Source of the DNA: a virus
Taxonomy: Duplodnaviria > Caudoviricetes
Direction: 5' to 3' (one strand)
IMG/VR virus record: IMGVR_UViG_3300044940_000463
Location: 1-38,725 of that record
Length of the DNA stretch: 38,725 nucleotides
This document shows, in pieces, positions 9,131-18,607 of this stretch. Every line of letters begins with the position of its first letter. The first letter of the stretch is position 1. The position numbers were made by a program, and so were the translations under genes. The notes under the pieces were generated by a model, which saw only the letters and a list, made by a program, of their open reading frames with translations, was not told the DNA's origin and made no database searches.

Positions 9131-10456
9131 TTAAAATTTAACTCCTTTTAAAGCTAAATGAATAACATCTTGTACATTCTGCTTATTCCGCACAGTATCA
9201 AATACATAGCTATCAATCGTACCTTCTGCTTGCAAATAAAAAATATGTTTCACATTCTCAATATTAATCCTATGCACCCGATCTATCGCTTGTTGCATTA
9301 AAATATTTGACCACTCACAATCAATAAAGATAGCTGTATTAATGTGAGGGAGATCTAAACCTTCTCCCATTGCTGCAATAGTACCTACAATACAACGTGT
9401 AGCTTGTGTAACATCACTACGATCTGATCCGCCTATAATAAGCTTAACTGGCTGATCAAACCCTTCTAACGCCTCAAGCTCCTGAGCAATTTTGATTGCT
9501 AATTGTCTGAAACGAGTAAAGATGATTACAGGTTCATTAGGATTATCCAGTACCCAATCTTTAACCCACGCAATTTTCGCTGAGCTTTCCTTAGCCCCCA
9601 ATAGCGCAGGATCAGATGTGCATTGTACTAACCGTAAAATCTCCGTAAGCACAATCGGCATTGATACTTCAACACCCTGTGCTACTTCAACCAATACATC
9701 AGAACTATTAACCAACTTTTTATACAATTCCATTTGATCGGGGTTAAGTTGAATAGATACAACCTGATCAATACGTGCAGGTATATCTTCCCGTACATCG
9801 CTTTTCAGCCTTCGGATCGTATAAGGACGTAATACAATAGCAAACCGTTTTGGGTCACGTAAGGGTTGAGCCTTAATAATCTGCTTAATCATTTGCCCTT
9901 TTCCGATTAAGCGGCTCTCGTAGTTAACGTGCGCTTCAAAAAACTTCCAATAGCTCTTAAAGAATTCAGGCGCTAGCCAGTTATAAATACTCCAACTATC
10001 CGCAGGGTTAAGATCCAATGGAGTACCTGTCATTGCTAACTTTCGATACGCATGGAGAGCTTTTAATGCTTCTGTGCGCTTTGCCTTACGGTTCTTAATC
10101 CGATGAGCTTCATCAGCTACAATAATACTCCAATAAACCCCTTGAAGTATCTCCCTATATTTTACCACAGCTTCATAATGAGTGACGATAATTGCATTTT
10201 CCTGAATATTAAGTGCGTTTTCCACAGGTACAATCCGAACAGGCTCCACACCCTGTGCAATTAAAGCATTAACCCATTGTGAGCGTAAGCTTTTTGGAAT
10301 AACAATCAAGGCTGGGCGATTAATCTTAGTTTGTAAGATCTTTATTGCCTCAATTGCTTGAAGTGTTTTTCCCAAACCACATTCATCGCCCAAAAGGATA
10401 TTCTTTCGGACAATTGTATGAATTGCATCAAGTTGATAAGGTCGTGGGATAAGCAT
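9131..10456 (-). CDS. SNF2-family helicase
   Basis: DECGLGKT, DEAH, MTGTP, GEGLDL, QAIDRVHRI. Confidence 0.93.
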   Translation of the reverse strand: MLIPRPYQLDAIHTIVRKNILLGDECGLGKTLQAIEAIKILQTKINRPALIVIPKSLRSQWVNALIAQGVEPVRIVPVENALNIQENAIIVTHYEAVVKYREILQGVYWSIIVADEAHRIKNRKAKRTEALKALHAYRKLAMTGTPLDLNPADSWSIYNWLAPEFFKSYWKFFEAHVNYESRLIGKGQMIKQIIKAQPLRDPKRFAIVLRPYTIRRLKSDVREDIPARIDQVVSIQLNPDQMELYKKLVNSSDVLVEVAQGVEVSMPIVLTEILRLVQCTSDPALLGAKESSAKIAWVKDWVLDNPNEPVIIFTRFRQLAIKIAQELEALEGFDQPVKLIIGGSDRSDVTQATRCIVGTIAAMGEGLDLPHINTAIFIDCEWSNILMQQAIDRVHRINIENVKHIFYLQAEGTIDSYVFDTVRNKQNVQDVIHLALKGVKF

Positions 10457-10458
10457 TA

Positions 10459-10761
10459 TTATTCCCCTTCTAACCGAACTAACAAAGTAACATTTTGTTG
10501 TTTTTCAAGGTAAATAGATGCTTTTTTACCATCATCTAGCAAAATAACAACACACACATAATTAATATTATCCATAGGAAAAAACTTTGAACCGTTTTCC
10601 GTAGATATTGGATTGCCCCTAACATCAACAAGAAAACTTTGCTCATTACACGTTTTATTTATAGCGCCGATTGAAATTTTTGGGGTTTTGTCAAACAACA
10701 TTCTGAACGCATTAAGTCGTTGGATAAGTTCAGCGAGGGTTCGAAAGGGTACAGTAATCAT
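10459..10761 (-). CDS. Hypothetical early protein
   Basis: 100 aa with AGGAG SD and its own promoter. Confidence 0.7.
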   Translation of the reverse strand: MITVPFRTLAELIQRLNAFRMLFDKTPKISIGAINKTCNEQSFLVDVRGNPISTENGSKFFPMDNINYVCVVILLDDGKKASIYLEKQQNVTLLVRLEGE

Positions 10762-10799
10762 TGGTATAACTCCTGTTGACTAATTTAGTTACTGAAGCT

Positions 10800-10828
10800 A
10801 TTATAGCCGATTAAAGTTAAAATGTCAA
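10800..10828 (-). promoter_or_regulatory. Perfect consensus sigma70 promoter
   Basis: TTGACA-N17-TATAAT. Confidence 0.9.
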
Positions 10829-10862
10829 GGGGTTTAACTTAATTTACTAAGCTAAACCCCTT
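10827..10862 (-). terminator. Terminator-like hairpin overlapping the -35 box of the next promoter
   Basis: AAGGGGTTTAGCTTA...TAAGTTAAACCCCTT; the U-tract is interrupted. Confidence 0.6.
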
Positions 10863-10868
10863 TCAGTT

Positions 10869-11162
10869 TTACCGGCTTGTGGCCCATTTGGTATAACCCC
10901 ACTGGTACATCAAAGTACGAGCTACGTCATTAATACTGCTGTGACGTTCTCCCCGCTCTCCCTTATTGCGCTTCACATAAATAATCGGCACTTGTGAACC
11001 ATCTTGCAATGTCCACATCCCCTGAAAGGTAAAATAAGCTACATCTCCCCGGCTTGTTACAATCGAACCATTAACTACCCCCAATCGAACGGCATTCTCA
11101 AGCTCCTTCTTAACTTCATTGCGGATCTGTTGCTTGACCTTTTGGCTTACATTGCGGTTCAT
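10869..11162 (-). CDS. Hypothetical early protein (stand-alone cassette)
   Basis: 97 aa with AAGGAG SD, own promoter and downstream hairpin. Confidence 0.75.
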   Translation of the reverse strand: MNRNVSQKVKQQIRNEVKKELENAVRLGVVNGSIVTSRGDVAYFTFQGMWTLQDGSQVPIIYVKRNKGERGERHSSINDVARTLMYQWGYTKWATSR

Positions 11163-11204
11163 TGGGGTAGCTCCTTATCAGTTCAGCTTAGCTTACCTGA
11201 ACTA

Positions 11205-11233
11205 AGTATAGCACTCTAACTAAAACTTGTCAA
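11205..11233 (-). promoter_or_regulatory. Sigma70 promoter with extended -10
   Basis: TTGACA-N17-TATACT with TGc before the -10. Confidence 0.9.
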
Positions 11234-11254
11234 GCCCTAATTTTGGTTAAGTAG

Positions 11255-11734
11255 CTAACGCTTTCTCTTACTCCTGTTTTTCTGCATTGCAATAAAGTAA
11301 CAGAGATGTTTATAAGCATCTGTTATATGTTTACTTTTAAGTAATATTTTGTGTTTAGGTGGAATAGTACAATTAAGTCGTAAATTGGCTCCTTGCATTC
11401 TAATCCGATCCCCCCAATTCAGTAACTCTGCGTATACCGTTATGCGCTCAATAAGACGAGGAACCGGCATATTCGACCACCCTTGACTTTCAGCTTTATA
11501 TGGATATAAGCGGTATTCTTCAATAATAATAGCAGCTAAGTACAATTTTCCTTCTTCTTCTTCAGTTTTTAATTGTTGAAGAGCATAATAAATATTAGAG
11601 CGATTACTCCATAATAATTCACCTGCATACGTAAGATCAAAGGAGCGTGTAGAAAAATCTACACGCTCAGCGATAACTACTCCTGTAGTAATACCTGGAT
11701 CAAACGAAATTATAGCAATATTAGAAGTAAACAT
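11255..11734 (-). CDS. RuvC-like (RNase H fold) Holliday junction resolvase
   Basis: ISFDPGITTG, IIIEEY, HITDAYKH. Confidence 0.75.
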   Translation of the reverse strand: MFTSNIAIISFDPGITTGVVIAERVDFSTRSFDLTYAGELLWSNRSNIYYALQQLKTEEEEGKLYLAAIIIEEYRLYPYKAESQGWSNMPVPRLIERITVYAELLNWGDRIRMQGANLRLNCTIPPKHKILLKSKHITDAYKHLCYFIAMQKNRSKRKR

Positions 11735-11739
11735 TAATC

Positions 11740-11913
11740 TTAAAAATTCCCTATATATCGAATAAGTAAAAAGAAACCAAACAAATCTAACGTACCAACA
11801 AACCCTACAAGTACCGCTATAATCTGTTCATTCTCATTTACAGATACAAGAGGTACCGTAGGGGTTTCTGAGCGGCTATAAAGCCGCTCTGTATCCCCTG
11901 TATACGGCATCAT
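11740..11913 (-). CDS. Small 57-aa membrane protein (not in the ORF track)
   Basis: ATGA overlap with the upstream stop; MMPYTGDTERLYSRSETPTVPLVSVNENEQIIAVLVGFVGTLDLFGFFLLIRYIGNF; fills the gap almost exactly. Confidence 0.65.
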   Translation of the reverse strand: MMPYTGDTERLYSRSETPTVPLVSVNENEQIIAVLVGFVGTLDLFGFFLLIRYIGNF

Positions 11914-12494
11914 TTACTTTCCTTAATTTTATTTCGATATTTAAATGCTTCAACAAGGTGTTCAGGTTGAATTACTGTTTCGTTAGCAAGGTCGGCAATA
12001 GTACAGGCTACCTTAACAAAAAACTCTAACTCTGACTGTTGCAAAGCTAATTGTTTTACAGCCCGATTAAGCAAATCCTTGCATTGAGGGGTTATAGTTA
12101 AGTTGGGCTTTTGTGAACGAGATTTTACCTGCTTTACCCTCTTTTTAACCGTAGCTGTATCTTCAGGAATATCTTCAGACAGAAGTTCACTAGGCTTAGG
12201 CAAACCCATATACACGCACATATATATAGCAGAGGGAAATGTCCGTATTACATGTTTTTGTTGCTGTTCTAGGGTACAAAAACATGGATAAATATCACTA
12301 CCCCAATGCCCGCACGGGCAAGAAGTTAAAATATAAGGATCATATTCAGCGAGTGCGAAAAAAGCAGGGCGCATAATAAGTTGTGCATCATTATATGCAT
12401 CTGTAACAATAATTGCCAACCGATGATCACCTGCTGCAGCTATCTCCATAGCCCGTTTAATATGTGCTTGACCTTTGATATTTGCGAAATCCAT
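11910..12494 (-). CDS. Internally deleted YifB/ComM (Mg-chelatase-related) homolog
   Basis: DFANIKGQAHIKRAMEIAAAGDH, CPCG...CFC and VACTIADLA...HLVEAFKYR are present; no Walker A or B. Confidence 0.8.
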   Translation of the reverse strand: MDFANIKGQAHIKRAMEIAAAGDHRLAIIVTDAYNDAQLIMRPAFFALAEYDPYILTSCPCGHWGSDIYPCFCTLEQQQKHVIRTFPSAIYMCVYMGLPKPSELLSEDIPEDTATVKKRVKQVKSRSQKPNLTITPQCKDLLNRAVKQLALQQSELEFFVKVACTIADLANETVIQPEHLVEAFKYRNKIKESK

Positions 12495-12523
12495 GACTAT
12501 TCTCCTTAATTACAACTTGTACC

Positions 12524-13261
12524 CTAAAGGTTCCCAACCTTTTTAGCACAAACCGGGCCAATACCCTTTATAATACTTTCAGGTGTTGTTAATAGCCGAT
12601 TACAAACCCAACAACGTCCACTTTCTAGGGCATAGGCTGTGCCCATATCGATCCTACCTTGTTTATCTGCCTTGAGAAGAGCAAAAAGCGCTGAAGCTAG
12701 AACTGTATCGCTTTTAAATCGTTTAAACAAATTAGCCGAACGTCCTTGCACAAAAGCAAACCCGGTATAATCACTTTCATTATTTAAGCCGCTCAGATAA
12801 CTCGCAATCTGCGTACCCTTCGGTTGATTATACGTTGCAGCTTGCTCCGCATCTAATGTAGTAATTTTGATTGTCCGATAAATGCCCGTTTCATCTAGAA
12901 CAATCGTATAAATTCCATCAAGTAGATCACTTTCAACTACAGTAGGAGACAGGCTCTCTCTTTCAATCTCATCAGTTTCAATAGATTGTGGGGCATTGCG
13001 TAGCATATCATTCAAAGCACACGCAATCTGCCTGTTTGTCAGCCGTCCTTTCCGCTTATGTTGGGCCTTAAGGCTGTTCATAAACTCATTAGAACCATTG
13101 TAATACTGTACGTACCAATGCCCCACATCCACTAGTGTTTTCGACAGCTCAACATGAGTAACAAGAATACCATCGGGAAGATGAACAGCCCGCTTGAGCA
13201 CTTGTTGCACAACAGCCGCGTTAAAGTCGAAAGGTTCCGCAAATTCGATGTGAGTAGTCAT
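12524..13261 (-). CDS. DUF6011-like zinc-ribbon protein
   Basis: C-terminal CWVCNRLLTTPESIIKGIGPVC. Start moved to ATG 13261 behind AAGGAG, because the longer start lies inside the promoter. Confidence 0.75.
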   Translation of the reverse strand: MTTHIEFAEPFDFNAAVVQQVLKRAVHLPDGILVTHVELSKTLVDVGHWYVQYYNGSNEFMNSLKAQHKRKGRLTNRQIACALNDMLRNAPQSIETDEIERESLSPTVVESDLLDGIYTIVLDETGIYRTIKITTLDAEQAATYNQPKGTQIASYLSGLNNESDYTGFAFVQGRSANLFKRFKSDTVLASALFALLKADKQGRIDMGTAYALESGRCWVCNRLLTTPESIIKGIGPVCAKKVGNL

Positions 13262-13299
13262 TGGAACAGTCTCCTTAGTGGATTGCTTAACTTGAACTA

Positions 13300-13328
13300 A
13301 GTATAGCATATTAAAGCTTACTTGTCAA
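13300..13328 (-). promoter_or_regulatory. Sigma70 promoter with extended -10
   Basis: TTGACA-N17-TATACT. Confidence 0.9.
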
Positions 13329-13462
13329 GCCCCAATATTGTAAAGAATGTATTTTAATATAAGGGCTAAGCTTAACTATGGACTTTTAAAATTTTGCATT
13401 ACAAAGTTTTTTTATCGTTATTTTCAGATTGGTTAAAAATTTTCAAAATTTACTGAGTATAG

Positions 13463-13502
13463 AAAAAAAAAGCAGCTAGCAATTTTTGCTAGCTGCTTTT
13501 TT
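13463..13502. terminator. Intrinsic terminator
   Basis: A-run + GCAGCTAGCAA-TTT-TTGCTAGCTGC + T-run. Confidence 0.9.
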
Positions 13503-13519
13503 ATTTAAAACTAAGAAAT

Positions 13520-14017
13520 TTATGCAATAACCGTTTGTTCTTCAGTATTAAAAATCTCTGCCCTAGAAATTTCAACTACATCAGAATTGTTGGGATCTAC
13601 TTCTTCTCCAACTTGTTTCTTGTACGCACGTTCCAAAGTAATCCCCTGCTCCTGAAGCAACGTAGTAAGTTCCTCAATTCGATCAGCAGGTACCCAACAA
13701 ACCATTTTCACCCCGTTTCGCTTTACTCTTTGAATACCTGAAGCTTTAACGGTTCGACGACTGTTAATCCACTGCTCAATAGCTTGAGCACTATAATAAG
13801 TCACTTCATAATCTGTACCAGGAATACCTACTGTAGTATAACCACCTTCACTAGTGAATGCAGGGTAGTTTTTAACAGCTAGGCGAACAGTACTGATGCG
13901 TTCCCCGGTTAGTGTGGCGATTTGTTTAGTCGTATACCACCCCTCAGGAATGTGCAAGTTAAACATCTCTTTTGTCTCCGTTTCCGTCTCCATAACCTGA
14001 TCCTTGTGTTTTGTCAT
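13520..14017 (-). CDS. Putative HTH DNA-binding protein
   Basis: YTTKQIATLTGERISTVRLAVK resembles a MerR/Xis-type HTH. Confidence 0.55.
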   Translation of the reverse strand: MTKHKDQVMETETETKEMFNLHIPEGWYTTKQIATLTGERISTVRLAVKNYPAFTSEGGYTTVGIPGTDYEVTYYSAQAIEQWINSRRTVKASGIQRVKRNGVKMVCWVPADRIEELTTLLQEQGITLERAYKKQVGEEVDPNNSDVVEISRAEIFNTEEQTVIA

Positions 14018-14225
14018 TGCTTTCCCCCTTTATGCCCCTCTACGGGGCTAATCCAAAAGATTTTCTTACCCGCGTAGCAAGTTTAGCGGGTATCCCCCTG
14101 TAATTTGCACTGTAGCACGTCAATAATAAATGATGCTAGAGCAGGGTTCGTCTGACAGTGGTAACACCCAGTGAGCTTGATAATGGCAACTACCCGCTAG
14201 GCTGTTAAAATATCAGACTGAAGTA

Positions 14226-14254
14226 ATAATAGCATACCTTTGGGTAGTTGTCAA
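14226..14254 (-). promoter_or_regulatory. Sigma70 promoter
   Basis: TTGACA-N17-TATTAT with TG extension. Confidence 0.8.
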
Positions 14255-14799
14255 GCCCTTCCATGGACTATTCCGTACTGATTTTGGTATTTACCTGAGT
14301 AACCTTCTGTTTCCTCTCCTTGTAAAAAGATCACTTGTGCTATTCCCTCGTTTGGGTAAATCAGAACAGGCAAAGGTGATAAATTTCCTAACTCAATCGT
14401 AACTGTTCCCTTCCAACCCGGTTCAAGCGGGGTGAAATTAGCCACTACTCCTGAACGAGCATAAGTAGATTTACCTAACACAATCCCAATTAAATCACGT
14501 GGTATATGAAATACTTCGATACTCTCAGCTAAACAAAAACTGTTCGGCGGTAGAACAAAAGCTCCTTTAACAGTGATAGTAAGCCATGCATTGGGATCAA
14601 ATTTTTTTGGATCAATTGCACCCGCATACCAAAGATTTGGTACTTTAAAAACATCCCCAATCCTCATATCATACCCAAATCTCCCCAACCCATAACTAAT
14701 AAGGCGCTCACTAAGGTTTTCTTTAACCTGCGCAGCTTCATAATGTTCGATCATTCCTTGCAGTGCACGCTCATGAATTTGCCTTTTATTCAGAGGCAT
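14251..14799 (-). CDS. dcd: dCTP deaminase
   Basis: ISYGLGRFGYDMR, GKSTYARSG, TPLEPGWKG, NEGIAQ, GKYQNQ. Confidence 0.93.
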   Translation of the reverse strand: MPLNKRQIHERALQGMIEHYEAAQVKENLSERLISYGLGRFGYDMRIGDVFKVPNLWYAGAIDPKKFDPNAWLTITVKGAFVLPPNSFCLAESIEVFHIPRDLIGIVLGKSTYARSGVVANFTPLEPGWKGTVTIELGNLSPLPVLIYPNEGIAQVIFLQGEETEGYSGKYQNQYGIVHGRA

Positions 14800-14803
14800 A
14801 TGT

Positions 14804-17068
14804 TTACTCCTTTATGATATTACTAATAATCGGTTGAAAATTATGCAACATAGGTTGACGATTATGATATTGCCATACTCGTACTCCATCAACTGTATTA
14901 TATTCTTGTCCTAACCCATAGCGATCCGCAATATCCGCCACACGTTTATAAAACTTATCGTCACTGAACGGTTTACGCCCACCCATCTCACAAGCTTGTT
15001 TATATGCCTGATACATCGCTTGCTTGCTGATTGCATAACCTGGTTTGTAAGCACAACTAGCCAAAAACCCAGCTACAGTATCTGCACTAAAACGATATTC
15101 AGCTTGAGCAGCTTCAATAGAAGCGCTCTTACTAAAACCATTTTGTTTAACTAAACGAGATAATCCTTCGATAGCCCTGTTTAATCCGGCACTAAAAATA
15201 TCGGGTTTAATCAAGCTCTCTACAATATCTTTATCTGCCTTTCGTTGTCCAACTCCGGGATTTTGATAAAATTTCGTAGTGCAAGGTATTATAATAGCCC
15301 TGCTGAAGAAAGCTTCATCAGGTGCTCTTACCTGAGGATAACTATTTGCTGAGAAAAAAAGTCTAGCCCCGTTCTTAAAGAAAAAATGATCTTTATGTTT
15401 CCTTTCTCCTGAAATATGATCATCACCGGTTAAAGCTTTAATTTGTCCTACACTCTTAGCCTCACTTTCATCAAGATCACTAAAAATATTAGCAATTTTT
15501 CCAAATAAAGCTGCCATAGCGAACCGATTATCAGCTAATGCTTGTAAACTCAAAGCTGCACAATTAGTTTTCCCCCCAAAAAAATGAAACAACCACTCCA
15601 ATAATTTGCTCTTACCTGTGTTACCTGGGCCAACTAAAGCTAAAAATGCTTTAGGCCAATATTGATGTTGAATAAAACAACTACCTACATATTCCCACCA
15701 CACATCAATTGCATCATGAGGTAAAATAGCTGCAATAAAATTATCTAACTCAGAACTAACTATTCCGGGCATATAGGAAACTGGTAATTGATGTAAACTT
15801 AAATAATTAGGGCTATGGGGTAATACTTCACCCGTCATAAAATTTACCATACCATTTATACAATTGATTAATCCTTTATGTTGGTTTAATTCATCTCCTG
15901 ATACCCTGTGCGTATCTTCAATATATGTGACTGTTTCAAGTGCTATGCGAATTGTCCATTTCGATCCCAAACGTTGTGCTACTTGTTCACGTACCCACGC
16001 TTCTCCATCAGCTTTATACACCCCATTTTCATAGCGATACAATAACTCATTTACATAGAGAAATAATCGCTCAGGAGCTTCAAAAGCTTCTAATACTTTT
16101 TTCGGTTCAAAACGGTTTTTAGTAAAATAACGATCAGGATTATTTCGATAATTTGTTAGTGCTTCATTAACTGTACTTACTACATAATCATAACGCCCAG
16201 TAATGCGGTATTTCATACCGCTTAGCCAGTGAGAGTGACAAAGTACTGATAAAACTTCATTAGGGCTATAACCTAACCTAAGAAGCGCTGAAGCAATGTA
16301 ATAATCGTTTTTACTCCTATCAATTTCACCCCCCGCTGTCAATGGAGCATCAGCTTTACGAGCGGTATCCTCTGAGTAAATTCGATTATAAAGTTTCTTA
16401 TCTTGCTCCTTTAACACATCAAGAAAATCGGGGTCAAGTTCAACTTGATCCCACTCTTCAATAGTTTGTTGTGTTATCGGTACTGCAACAAAATCTTCTA
16501 AACTATAAATACGTTCAGGCTCATACAAAAGAATTGTACATTGTACTGGTCTGTCGGGATCTTTTAGGTTATATGTCTCAGGTACTCTAAGCACTCGTGC
16601 AAGATCAAAACAACTATCAACAGCATCTTTATCGAAAAGATTGAGTAACGCCTTATTCCGGCTTTTAATCGCCTCTAGATCTGTGCAAAAAGCATTAAGT
16701 AACCAATACGCTTGTAAACCACGCCCCGAATTTACAATCAGCGTAGGTGGCTTGTCAAGAGCTTGTAATGCTTGAAAACCCTCAAGCTGAGAGTTATAAC
16801 AATCATAGTCAATCCATAAAACACTAGAACCTAAGCTATCTGCTTCTTTTCCTCGTCCTTTCGAAGGTTTATTTTTAAGCGGCGTTATCCGAATATAGGT
16901 ATTTTGTTTGGGATCTTGTCGAATATCGTTTGGCAATAAGTTATTTTTATAGGAGCCTAAATAGAATTTGGAACGCATTGCTCCAAATACTAATTTACTT
17001 ACCCCGATATAGGCATTATCAGGAGTATAGCAATGTACGATGCTGAGAAATTGATCAAGAGGTCGCAT
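14804..17068 (-). CDS. RepB'-type primase fused to D5/P4-like SF3 helicase
   Basis: LWIDYD, NSGRGLQAYW, DLARVLRVP; D5_N-like region; GPGNTGKS, IKALTGDD, FSAN. Confidence 0.9.
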   Translation of the reverse strand: MRPLDQFLSIVHCYTPDNAYIGVSKLVFGAMRSKFYLGSYKNNLLPNDIRQDPKQNTYIRITPLKNKPSKGRGKEADSLGSSVLWIDYDCYNSQLEGFQALQALDKPPTLIVNSGRGLQAYWLLNAFCTDLEAIKSRNKALLNLFDKDAVDSCFDLARVLRVPETYNLKDPDRPVQCTILLYEPERIYSLEDFVAVPITQQTIEEWDQVELDPDFLDVLKEQDKKLYNRIYSEDTARKADAPLTAGGEIDRSKNDYYIASALLRLGYSPNEVLSVLCHSHWLSGMKYRITGRYDYVVSTVNEALTNYRNNPDRYFTKNRFEPKKVLEAFEAPERLFLYVNELLYRYENGVYKADGEAWVREQVAQRLGSKWTIRIALETVTYIEDTHRVSGDELNQHKGLINCINGMVNFMTGEVLPHSPNYLSLHQLPVSYMPGIVSSELDNFIAAILPHDAIDVWWEYVGSCFIQHQYWPKAFLALVGPGNTGKSKLLEWLFHFFGGKTNCAALSLQALADNRFAMAALFGKIANIFSDLDESEAKSVGQIKALTGDDHISGERKHKDHFFFKNGARLFFSANSYPQVRAPDEAFFSRAIIIPCTTKFYQNPGVGQRKADKDIVESLIKPDIFSAGLNRAIEGLSRLVKQNGFSKSASIEAAQAEYRFSADTVAGFLASCAYKPGYAISKQAMYQAYKQACEMGGRKPFSDDKFYKRVADIADRYGLGQEYNTVDGVRVWQYHNRQPMLHNFQPIISNIIKE

Positions 17069-17085
17069 AATTGGGAAACCCTTGC

Positions 17086-18492
17086 TTATATACTAAAACC
17101 ATCAAGCACTATGGGTTCAGTACCCGTAAGCAGTAACCATCGATCAAAAATATTATTGCAAGTATCAGGATCAATTTCCCCCGTAAAGCATGTTTTTCCT
17201 AGCGAATGACAAGCCCACAATGTTTGCCCCGAACCTGCAAAAGGATCTACAACAAAATTAGAACTCCCTGCGAAAAGTTGAATAAGCCAAAACATGTATT
17301 CAAGTGGCTTACGTCCCCGGTGATCTGTGTGTTCAGTTTCACTTTGCTTAATACTTACTCGTTTAAGATCTTGTGAATTAAACATTATGGAAGTATCAGG
17401 CCACGCAAAAAGTGCTGTAGGGATATGGTTTCCAAAACCTAAATCACCCCGTGTCATACCATTATCGATATAACACGTTAACAGCCACCGGTACGGCATT
17501 GTAGTACATTTTGCAAAATCAAAAAGCGATCGTGTACCGGGAGTTACACACACATATTTAGCAATGTCAATTAAGTAATCATGTTTCCATTTAAAGGACT
17601 GATCCCAACTATCGGCTCCAACCCCGTATGGCGGATCAGCAAAAGCAAATTCACAGAAGGGCAGCTTGCCCCAAAAATCGGGTGTGCTTGTATCGCCACA
17701 GAAAAGCCGGTGACGGCCTAGGGCATACCATGTCCCTACTTTAGCCCTGATGCTCGTCTGTGGCCGTTCTAAGGCCGTTTCTGAGGATGTTCGGAGCCTT
17801 TTGATTGCAGCGCTTGTTTCACTTTTCTTGAGTAGTGCTCGTGCTTCTTTTAATGTGTCAGCCTCTCCGCTACTAAGCATTGTCACAATCGCTTGTCTCT
17901 CAGCTTCAGGCAGTGCAGCTAATATCTTGAGATCAGATGCATTATCAGCTATTGGAGTATCACGTAATACATCAGCTAAAGATCTTAATGCTTCTCCTAA
18001 AGCTGTTTTACGTTGAATAGTACGAGAACTAACTTTAAGTTTTGCAGCAGCATCTTCACTAAAACTAGGAACTTTGGGTTTCAAACTGTCACGTTGTCGG
18101 CTTGATCTACGATCCCCGCCGTGGGCCGTTTGAGGATATTTTTCCAAATATAATGCTTTTCTACGAGCTAACTGAACTGCTTGTTCTAATTCTGTTAATT
18201 CAGATCGAATAAGGTTTTCATCAATTTCGGCTAACTCGTAATCTTGTTCAGTAGGGAACTGAAGTAGCACAGCATCAATGTATTCCCAACCTAAAATTTT
18301 AACAGCCTCTAATCGGTGTAAACCATATACAAGTTCAAATAAATTTGTAGTACTTTTTCGCACCCCAATAGCACTCATTAAACCTAATTCACGAATACTT
18401 TCTGCCAGCGCTTGTGCTCGTTGCGGATTTACCGTCCGTTTTCGGTCAGTTACCGTAATGTCTTTGATGTGAACAGTAATTAATTCATTCAT
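17086..18492 (-). CDS. ParB-like N-terminal domain fused to a beta-class DNA amino-methyltransferase
   Basis: LAESIRELGL, YGLHRLEA, IDENLIR; HTH; then DPPY and DPFAGSG. Confidence 0.88.
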   Translation of the reverse strand: MNELITVHIKDITVTDRKRTVNPQRAQALAESIRELGLMSAIGVRKSTTNLFELVYGLHRLEAVKILGWEYIDAVLLQFPTEQDYELAEIDENLIRSELTELEQAVQLARRKALYLEKYPQTAHGGDRRSSRQRDSLKPKVPSFSEDAAAKLKVSSRTIQRKTALGEALRSLADVLRDTPIADNASDLKILAALPEAERQAIVTMLSSGEADTLKEARALLKKSETSAAIKRLRTSSETALERPQTSIRAKVGTWYALGRHRLFCGDTSTPDFWGKLPFCEFAFADPPYGVGADSWDQSFKWKHDYLIDIAKYVCVTPGTRSLFDFAKCTTMPYRWLLTCYIDNGMTRGDLGFGNHIPTALFAWPDTSIMFNSQDLKRVSIKQSETEHTDHRGRKPLEYMFWLIQLFAGSSNFVVDPFAGSGQTLWACHSLGKTCFTGEIDPDTCNNIFDRWLLLTGTEPIVLDGFSI

Positions 18493-18562
18493 AGTTGTGG
18501 GGCTTTGTGGAGATTAGGACTAACGGTCATAAGCAATCTAACCAGTCACACGGTTCACCTTG

Positions 18563-18591
18563 AGTATAGCATAGGTGTGGGGAAATTGCAA
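18563..18591 (-). promoter_or_regulatory. Leftward early promoter
   Basis: TTGCAA-N17-TATACT with TG extension. Confidence 0.75.
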
Positions 18592-18607
18592 TAGATCATT
18601 TGTTCGA

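Noticed and set aside
17086-18492. Plasmid-prophage partition system
   Set aside because: No ParA/ParM ATPase is present, and the ParB domain is fused to a methyltransferase.
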